This document shows, in pieces, positions 58,201-64,000 of a stretch of 64,000 nt of DNA. The stretch is from an uncultured bacterium (lineage in GTDB: Bacteria; Fidelibacterota; UBA2242), in contig CAZPQN010000002.1 of assembly GCA_964588795.1 (NCBI GenBank), positions 48,477 through 112,476 on the forward strand, in the 5' to 3' direction. Position numbers and translations under genes: made by a program. Position 1 is the stretch's first letter. Each line of letters starts with the position of its first letter. The notes below the pieces were generated by a model. It was given only the letters and a program-made list of their open reading frames with translations, ran no database searches and had not been told where the DNA came from.

Positions 58201-58415
58201 TCGAGGTGACGATCGCCTGTCGCATCCAGAACCTATTCAATAACCGGTGGCTGACGCCCTTCGATGCGACGGTCGAGAAGGATGACCTGAACCGCTGGGT
58301 CCTGACCGGCCTGACTTGGGACGATCCAAACCATCCTAATTATAAATATAACTATCACCGCGCGTACCGCAACACGCCACGGGAAATTTATTTTAACTTG
58401 GGACTCGGATTCTAA
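55251..58415 (+). CDS. TonB-dependent receptor
   Basis: TGKISG.V.D, GGFSAEYGNAQSGVV plug motif, SPRAGLSFPI, C-terminal PREIYFNLGLGF. Confidence 0.92.
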   Translation: MTAGRKKIRQQPARFFPRVDHIFRCITDPFLHLIILFALLTSELLPQNTGKISGRVFDAAAQKALPGANVVIPELQTGAATDLNGHFAIMRLYPGSYTLKVTFIGYSPITITDVRVSIDKTTFLEIPMQIQGIATQEVVVTAKKPIVEKDKTFSSTNFEADEISEIPSEGLRDILDLNASLQRNANGTYSLRGGGSFDINFMIDGVSQENSNTGVPGTNYMGEKSNTSWKYDFNPLGVKQMELISGGFSAEYGNAQSGVVKIVTKEGTPAFHGEMRIEYRGPGQYHFGDYLYGRNNFEWQRWGQLENWFTATAFQLPQSSQIGTPSYIDGIPVNLFYFSDSLHTYLPYSRSINDSLAVAYYNQWLASHSPGGKILSQVTDYNWTVSGSGQLSSGDSVMLYRKNWLYSQVKNPTNKLGVYDYRQLSFVRYLFGLGGPIGQLEGCTFFLSGEKRRKPTRLPTYEKYNDYENINLTTVLRVSSALRVRTMLQYQHSRNGVFSGSDDIRWASPVGSVSFNTGKQKYLLISIAPKDEYAWIQSLMLTYVFRPETFLEWTISHTYEQYAMNTEPLSTTWQAPQGVWDEGYTRLVWDPSATAYNQDVRTDIYATKLDFTHQFSPQNHLKAGLQATGWKMHYSSVSSAYANALIYKSGFAEYYKANPIYAAGYVQDKMEYKGLIANLGLRLEGFNNNADVPADPYDVFYPGTMGPTDVGSPETQKPQTHWALSPRAGLSFPIGERTAFRLQYGHFYAMPIFRHTLSRSTWQGWIMVGNPNLDFRKTISYEFGLQHSLFGTHRLDVVAYYNDRTSQTINIRRHFDQGSYGRSVTDPYAATYVNTGYGATRGIEIALDRVAVSNWRYRFKYALSRTSSGAYGPWEIWEKDDPNKPFDMRPFILRANDNITSEDKTHAFSAIVTYSWAKKSGPHIGSFFPLANSALSLSYMFRSGSPFTYVTSYDEFFDVENNRRYPLEYETDLSYLKSVKMLGFEVTIACRIQNLFNNRWLTPFDATVEKDDLNRWVLTGLTWDDPNHPNYKYNYHRAYRNTPREIYFNLGLGF

Positions 58416-58429
58416 AGGGTAATTATACG

Positions 58430-60457
58430 ATGCCAGACCGCAAGAAAATATCGCTCTCCGTACCCTTGACCTTGACCTCGACCTCAGCCTTAATCTTGAC
58501 CCTAATCTTTTTCTCTCTTCCCCTCCTATCTTACGCCCAGGATAATGTACTTTTTTTACGGGAAGGGCGGCTCTGGGAAACCATCAACCTGGCAAAGATC
58601 GGTCCCACTTTCAACAACTGGGCACGCAGTGGATATGGCATGGATCATCCTGGTTACGAACCCAACTGGATCGCCGGTCATACGGGACTTGCACCTTCTC
58701 ACCATTGCGGAGGTGGATTCTGGATCACGGCCCTTAGTCCGAGCGGTTCAGTTTGGGGTGTGGAGGATTTTGCACTGTATGCCGGTTCGGTGGGTTTCGA
58801 ACCAACTGCCAAGTATATCGCCCAGACAAACCGTTTTGTCTATCCGGATAAATCCAACTACTTTCAGCAAACCAACCCGCACGCTGGTGAGCTTTGCGTC
58901 GAGACAATTTTTCAATGGAATCCGCAGTATATATTCCCCTATACTCGCCAGGCTTTCCTGCCCATTCGCGTCAGCCGCAGGATCCACCAGTGGGTCACGC
59001 ACGAAATTGACCAGGATTATATCATTTGTGACTATGTTATTACGAATGTCGGCGACTCTACGATGCACAAGACTTATCTGATGTTTCTGTACGGTTTTGC
59101 CATAAATGCCCGGGGTTGGTCAATTTTGTTCCCTGACTACAACCAGGGAGCGCGGAATACGCGCATGGTTTGGGATGGCACCCGGCGTCTGATGTACGGC
59201 TATGCCGCCAATTTCAGCGAAACTCCCGGCGATGATGCCTATGATTACTGGGAACAGGGCGGCCCTAACCGTCAGGGAGAATATCTTGCGCCCGGTTATG
59301 CTGGATTGAAATTCCTCTACATCTCCCCCGACTCAAGCGGTCGGGCCAATCGCATTCATAAATACGGCTGGGCGGCTTCGCATCCCACCCAAGCCAGTCA
59401 TCCCTTCACCAATCAGGGCACTCTCGACGCGGAATATCAGATTATCCGTAATCCGGCTCTGGCGACGGATGCTATTACCTCGATGGGTGACACGCGCTGG
59501 GGTTCAACCCGCGTCTGGACCATGCTAACCGTGGGACCTTGGGACCTCGCTCCGGGGGATTCCATCCGGATTGTCCTGGCGGAACTTGTCGGGAGTGTAC
59601 CGTATGAAACGGTCATCAATCCGGCCACTCAGGTGACGCATATCGCTAAAGGGAAAAACATCCTGCTCGATCTGGCCGCCAGAGCCCAGGCTTGCTTCGA
59701 TCGCGATTTCGATCTGCCTGACCCGCCGGCACCGCCATACGAATTTCAATTGAATCACTTGGCAGAAGACAAAGTCGGCGCCCGCTTGAGCTGGTCGGAC
59801 GCCAATGAAGCCATTCCCGACCCGGATTATACCGGTAGTGCAGCCCTAGACTTCGCGGGATATAAAATTTACCGGTCAAACTATCTGCCCATCGGACCGT
59901 GGGATTCTATTGGAGTGATTGCGCGCCACGATCCGCAATACTTCGACAATGCCAGCGGTAAGTATTCTTTCATTGATTCGGCTCTGACAATTGGCGAAAG
60001 TTACTACTACGCGATTACGGCTTACGATCAGGGACATCCGCTCTGGCCGCCCGATCCGGGCAGCTATCCCAGTGGCGTTCCCCCGCTCGAGAGTTCCAAG
60101 TATGTCAATCGTACGATCCAACCTTTTCGTGCCGGATTGGGGCCCAGTAAAAACCTGGCGCGGGTTCTGGTTGTCCCGAATCCGTTTATCATGTCCTCAG
60201 GACTGACGATACCGGGAGACGAGGATATTATTCAATTCGTCAATGTACCAAGCCCCTGCACGATCCGCATCTATACCGTGCGGGGTGATCTTGTTAAAAT
60301 AATCGAACATAAGGAAGAGGTCGGCACGGCTACCTGGGATCAGGTGACCAGCTGGGGACAATTCGTCGAAAGCGGCATTTATATTTATCATATCACCTCA
60401 CATGCCGCCGATTCCAAAAACCAAACTGTAATCGGGAAATTCAGCATTATCCGATGA
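58430..60457 (+). CDS. Secreted TBDR-associated protein with Fn3-like region and variant T9SS CTD
   Basis: Signal peptide; DFAGYKIYRS, YYYAITAYD; tail VVPNPF...CTIRIYTVRGDLVK...WD...SGIYIYHI...GKFSIIR. Confidence 0.75.
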   Translation: MPDRKKISLSVPLTLTSTSALILTLIFFSLPLLSYAQDNVLFLREGRLWETINLAKIGPTFNNWARSGYGMDHPGYEPNWIAGHTGLAPSHHCGGGFWITALSPSGSVWGVEDFALYAGSVGFEPTAKYIAQTNRFVYPDKSNYFQQTNPHAGELCVETIFQWNPQYIFPYTRQAFLPIRVSRRIHQWVTHEIDQDYIICDYVITNVGDSTMHKTYLMFLYGFAINARGWSILFPDYNQGARNTRMVWDGTRRLMYGYAANFSETPGDDAYDYWEQGGPNRQGEYLAPGYAGLKFLYISPDSSGRANRIHKYGWAASHPTQASHPFTNQGTLDAEYQIIRNPALATDAITSMGDTRWGSTRVWTMLTVGPWDLAPGDSIRIVLAELVGSVPYETVINPATQVTHIAKGKNILLDLAARAQACFDRDFDLPDPPAPPYEFQLNHLAEDKVGARLSWSDANEAIPDPDYTGSAALDFAGYKIYRSNYLPIGPWDSIGVIARHDPQYFDNASGKYSFIDSALTIGESYYYAITAYDQGHPLWPPDPGSYPSGVPPLESSKYVNRTIQPFRAGLGPSKNLARVLVVPNPFIMSSGLTIPGDEDIIQFVNVPSPCTIRIYTVRGDLVKIIEHKEEVGTATWDQVTSWGQFVESGIYIYHITSHAADSKNQTVIGKFSIIR

Positions 60458-60576
60458 TACAAATTATTTTTTCTAATCATTCGAACTGTTCAGCTATACA
60501 AAGTATTCAGTGTGATACTCGTTTAGATTCAATCAGCCGTCGGAAAATAACCCTGCACTCGATTGGCCGTGAACGG

Positions 60577-61548
60577 ATGATGTATTGCTCAACTTTAATT
60601 CATCACGGGCGGATTTCGCTTCGCTCAACCTTAGTCTTGGTCCTGACCTTGTCCCTATCTTTCCCGCCTGGGCTTTCGGCGCGTTTTCGCAAAACCGGTA
60701 CGGTCGGTTATAGCTTTTTAAAAATTCCTGTCACCGCCCGGCATACAGCTTTGGGCGAATCTATGGGAAGTATCACGGATAACGCCGGCATCACACCGTT
60801 GTTTTTAAATCCAGCTGTTTTAGGTTTCCAGACCCATAAGACCGTCGGGTGCAGTTATTCCACCTGGATCGCCGATATAAATCATCAGGCTGGCGGGGTG
60901 ACCTCTGACCTCGGGTATTTTGGAATAATCGGCATTGGAATCAACTATTTAGATTACGGCGAATTTACGCGGACTGCACACGGTGCAAACTTAGGCGAAT
61001 ATTTAGTAACCGGCACGTACCAGGCTCAAGCTTTAGCGATCGGTCTGACTTATGCCCGTCGGCTCACTGACCGCTTCGCGTACGGACTCAGGCTCAATCA
61101 CGTGCGCGAGACGATCGCAGAGTATACCTCGACCAATTTCCTGCTCGATATGGGAGTTATTTATTTCACCGGCTGGCGTTCCTTGCGAATCGGTGGTTTT
61201 ATCAACAATTTCGGAGTAGACGAAAAATATATCGGAGACTCCTTCAAAATGCCGACTGAATTGCATCTCAGTCTGACTTACGACCTTTTCGACATAACCC
61301 ACCATAAGTTGACCCTGACAAGTGAATTGTCCCATCCCAGCGACAATCTGGAAAAAATTCACGTGGGTGTTGAGTATCAGTTGTACCGGACTATTTTCCT
61401 GCGCGGCGGTTATAAATTTCAGACCGATGAAGACCATTTTGCGTTCGGCGGCGGGATTCTCTGGCAAGGTTTTTTACTCGACCTGGCTGTGACACCGTTC
61501 GGCAGGTTCCCGACCATTTACCATTTAACCCTCCAGAAGGAGTTTTGA
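60577..61548 (+). CDS. PorV/PorQ family outer-membrane beta-barrel
   Basis: FLKIPVTAR..ALG, NPAVL, GVEY...LRGGY, terminal Phe; start uncertain (60454 also possible). Confidence 0.85.
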   Translation: MMYCSTLIHHGRISLRSTLVLVLTLSLSFPPGLSARFRKTGTVGYSFLKIPVTARHTALGESMGSITDNAGITPLFLNPAVLGFQTHKTVGCSYSTWIADINHQAGGVTSDLGYFGIIGIGINYLDYGEFTRTAHGANLGEYLVTGTYQAQALAIGLTYARRLTDRFAYGLRLNHVRETIAEYTSTNFLLDMGVIYFTGWRSLRIGGFINNFGVDEKYIGDSFKMPTELHLSLTYDLFDITHHKLTLTSELSHPSDNLEKIHVGVEYQLYRTIFLRGGYKFQTDEDHFAFGGGILWQGFLLDLAVTPFGRFPTIYHLTLQKEF

Positions 61549-61594
61549 TATCCAACCCGGTTTTCTAAAACGTATTTGTCTCCGAGGTTCTGGA

Positions 61595-62305
61595 TTGGTC
61601 GTGATGGCGGTTTTTATTCTCGCAGTTCAAGCCAATCCCACCCCCCGAGTGCATTTAACCAACATCATCCTGAACGGAGGCTATTCTAAGGCAACCGGGA
61701 TTGACCGAAGTTACACTAAACTCGATGGATACGGATTTGAAATCTGCGCAAACTGGCAACTGCGATCCCGATTATCCGCCGGATTAACGACTGACCATCA
61801 TTACTATACTATCGAACAGCAGGACGCTGTAAAAAATTGGGGCTGGTCTTACTGGCAAAAAATATACAACGGTGTCATCGCGACTCTGCAGAACGATCCG
61901 ACCTACGATGTACGCCTGCAACCCCACCAAATCCTCAAGACCAAAAGCATCGATCTGAATGGCGAATTACGTTTGCCATTCGGTAAATATTTGACCGTCC
62001 GGTCTGATGTACGAGGCGGATTGGTTTGGTACTCGCGCCAGCTCTGGCTACATGAATTCTGGACCCGCTATTACCCTTCTATTGACTATACCTTTAAATA
62101 TGACTTCCGGAATTATGCGAACGCCCGCTGGGGATGGGTCTATGACCTTGCCGCCAGCGTCGGGGCGGAATTATACCTGACGCACTCGGTTAGTGTCTCG
62201 GTTCAGGTGGGCTATACTCACTATTTACGTGAGCGGCGCGATGCTGAGTTCTTCCCCCTGCGCAATAACATTTTAATAAACTACGGTGTAATTCTGAATT
62301 ACTGA
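61595..62305 (+). CDS. Putative small outer-membrane beta-barrel
   Basis: Alternating beta-strand pattern, aromatic-rich, terminal Tyr; true start may lie upstream. Confidence 0.6.
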   Translation: MVVMAVFILAVQANPTPRVHLTNIILNGGYSKATGIDRSYTKLDGYGFEICANWQLRSRLSAGLTTDHHYYTIEQQDAVKNWGWSYWQKIYNGVIATLQNDPTYDVRLQPHQILKTKSIDLNGELRLPFGKYLTVRSDVRGGLVWYSRQLWLHEFWTRYYPSIDYTFKYDFRNYANARWGWVYDLAASVGAELYLTHSVSVSVQVGYTHYLRERRDAEFFPLRNNILINYGVILNY

Positions 62306-62306
62306 T

Positions 62307-62972
62307 ATGTTGCAAAAATATTTCTGGTTCAAATTATATATCGTTCTTTTAGCCGCGCTTGACCTGAATCCGATCAACGCTCAGACATATTGCGGAGGCG
62401 GTTTGGGATGGCTAAACCCGGTTGGCGGACTGACTTCGCGGTTTAGTTCTGCTTTTGTACCGATTCTGGAAGGTGGTTATCAGCGTGATGAATCCTCGAA
62501 AATCATTTTTCAGTATCAACCGGTGGTCCTGCACAAAGTTAACCGTGCTTATTTGTACTATGACAAATTAGATATGCGCTTGAATAATCACAGCCTGGCG
62601 TTACTTTTCGAGCGCTCCGTCTGGAAGCCGGTGAATTACTGCGCGGTATCACTCTACGGTGGTGTATCATTAAATCGCTGGAGTTACAGACTGAAAGGGT
62701 TTCATCAGGCCGATACGCTAATGGCGGTCGGAGGTGAGGACTCGGTAGTTGTAGTCGATAATCCGCCTTTCGGCCAGCAGGATTGGAGCTGGGGTGGTCG
62801 AATCGGCGCCTGTGTGACTTTGACTCCAATCCGATTTCTCGAATGCGGTTGGCGTTGCGATTACCATTTGCTCATTGCCGAACTATGGCCGCTTCTGAAT
62901 GTCCGCTTAGAGAATGTGAGCGGTTTGCAAACGGCGACTCTGCAATTCTTTGTCAGGTTTAAAATCAATTAA
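62307..62972 (+). CDS. Putative small outer-membrane beta-barrel
   Basis: Signal peptide, 'GLG...PVG.L', amphipathic strands, C-terminal LQFFVRF. Confidence 0.6.
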   Translation: MLQKYFWFKLYIVLLAALDLNPINAQTYCGGGLGWLNPVGGLTSRFSSAFVPILEGGYQRDESSKIIFQYQPVVLHKVNRAYLYYDKLDMRLNNHSLALLFERSVWKPVNYCAVSLYGGVSLNRWSYRLKGFHQADTLMAVGGEDSVVVVDNPPFGQQDWSWGGRIGACVTLTPIRFLECGWRCDYHLLIAELWPLLNVRLENVSGLQTATLQFFVRFKIN

Positions 62973-62991
62973 ACTCAGGGGAATCCCGTTT

Positions 62992-64000
62992 ATGCGTTTC
63001 CTGATTATTACCCTATCCACCGTCTGTTTGACATTGCTCGAGTGCGCACCTTCGCCAAAACTAAAGTTTTTATGGATAGACGGTTCCGCCAATTTCCGAC
63101 GGCTAAGTTGCAGTGATTCGATCCGGACAGTCATTGCCAGAATCGCCACGCATGGCTTTGACGGGATTATCGTCGATTTGAAACCGATTTCGGGTGAGGT
63201 GCTCTATCCCAGCAAAATTGCGCCGCAGATTGTCGAGTGGAAAGGGGCTTACCGGGACCGCGATTTCAACTATCCGGAAATAATCTTGTCCGAAAGTAAA
63301 AAAAACCACCTGAAAGTCTACGCCGCCGTCAACGTCTTTTCCGAAGGCTGGAAAAGCCAGCAACGCGGACCGATTTACCGCAATCACCCCGAGTGGCAAA
63401 CCGTGCTTTATCTGCCGCCTGATACTCTTGTACCTACGACCCAGTACTCCGAAGGTTATGCCGCTTTCGTCAATCCTGCCGATCCGCAAGTCCAGGAGTA
63501 TGAAATCAGTCTCATGGAGGAGATCCTGAATAATTATGATTTCGATGGCATCGTCCTGGACCGGGCGCGTTATGACAATATCCGCGCGGATTTTTCTGCA
63601 TTTTCGCGGACCCAATTTGAAAAATGGTTCGGGCAGACCATCGGTCACTGGCCGGCGGATATTTTCACCTGGCAGAAAGATTCCCAGAATCAATGGCAAC
63701 CGGTTCCCGGGAAACTTTTCAAATCGTGGCTGGAATGGCGGGCCGGGATCATCTATGCGTTTTTCGCTAAGGCCCAACAGCGCCTGAAAAATGTCAACAA
63801 GGACCTGACTTTCGCCGCTTACACCGGTGCCTGGTACGGCACCTATTATGAGTTGGGCGTTAATTGGGCCAGTCAAAAGTACCAGCCTGTCCGCGACTAC
63901 GAATGGGCTTCGCCGGATTATCAACGCACGGGCTACGCCGAATTGCTCGACGGCCTTTTTTCCGGTTGTTACTTTTATCACGTTGATCCACAGGAATTAA
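62992..64000 (+). CDS. GHL10/DUF4985-like glycoside hydrolase, probable lipoprotein (runs off window edge)
   Basis: Not in the ORF track. My translation: MRFLIITLSTVCLTLLEC...LWIDGSANF...VDLKPISGEVLYPS...FVNPADP...DGIVLDRARYD...WLEWRA...YYELGVNWAS, open to the window end. Confidence 0.85.
   Translation, partial: MRFLIITLSTVCLTLLECAPSPKLKFLWIDGSANFRRLSCSDSIRTVIARIATHGFDGIIVDLKPISGEVLYPSKIAPQIVEWKGAYRDRDFNYPEIILSESKKNHLKVYAAVNVFSEGWKSQQRGPIYRNHPEWQTVLYLPPDTLVPTTQYSEGYAAFVNPADPQVQEYEISLMEEILNNYDFDGIVLDRARYDNIRADFSAFSRTQFEKWFGQTIGHWPADIFTWQKDSQNQWQPVPGKLFKSWLEWRAGIIYAFFAKAQQRLKNVNKDLTFAAYTGAWYGTYYELGVNWASQKYQPVRDYEWASPDYQRTGYAELLDGLFSGCYFYHVDPQEL

Noticed and set aside
63103-63981. 292-aa minus-strand ORF
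   Set aside because: Antisense to the GHL10 gene starting at 62992, which the ORF track missed because it has no stop in the window

Overview
Chromosomal window from a diderm bacterium, most likely an FCB-superphylum lineage outside Bacteroidota (Marinimicrobia/KSB1/Calditrichota-like). This placement is inferred from PorU, PorV, many 'YPNPFN' T9SS type-A tails, and E. coli-type TTGACA-17-TAnnnT promoters. Bases 1-43,100 are mostly housekeeping: alr (truncated), an ABC exporter pair, polA, a TPP-riboswitch-controlled TonB receptor, an irregular tRNA-Sec, SPOR/lapB/lapA/miaB, an M23 peptidase, a sigma70 factor, groESL, ffh-rpsP-khpA-rimM-trmD-rplS, porU-maf-rodZ, a dcw cluster (mraZ to ftsZ, lacking murB and ddl) and rpmB. 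Bases 43,200-64,000 are an accessory, divergently transcribed surface/glycan-utilisation locus. It holds a PHP-fold metallohydrolase, a 1767-aa mosaic T9SS cargo with a structured 5' leader, and an operon with two GHL10 glycosidases, a TonB receptor, a CTD-bearing partner protein, a PorV paralog and two small beta-barrels, with no recognisable SusD. The best leads are: (1) the SusD-less TBDR / CTD-protein / PorV module; (2) a ~160-nt structured element between murC and ftsQ closed by a perfect 13-bp stem plus U-tract; (3) a multibranched 5' UTR ahead of the giant surface protein; (4) the non-canonical tRNA-Sec; (5) a ~17-aa insertion in GroEL. No CRISPR array, transposase, integrase or rRNA was seen. 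All family assignments come from motif recognition by eye; no searches were run.
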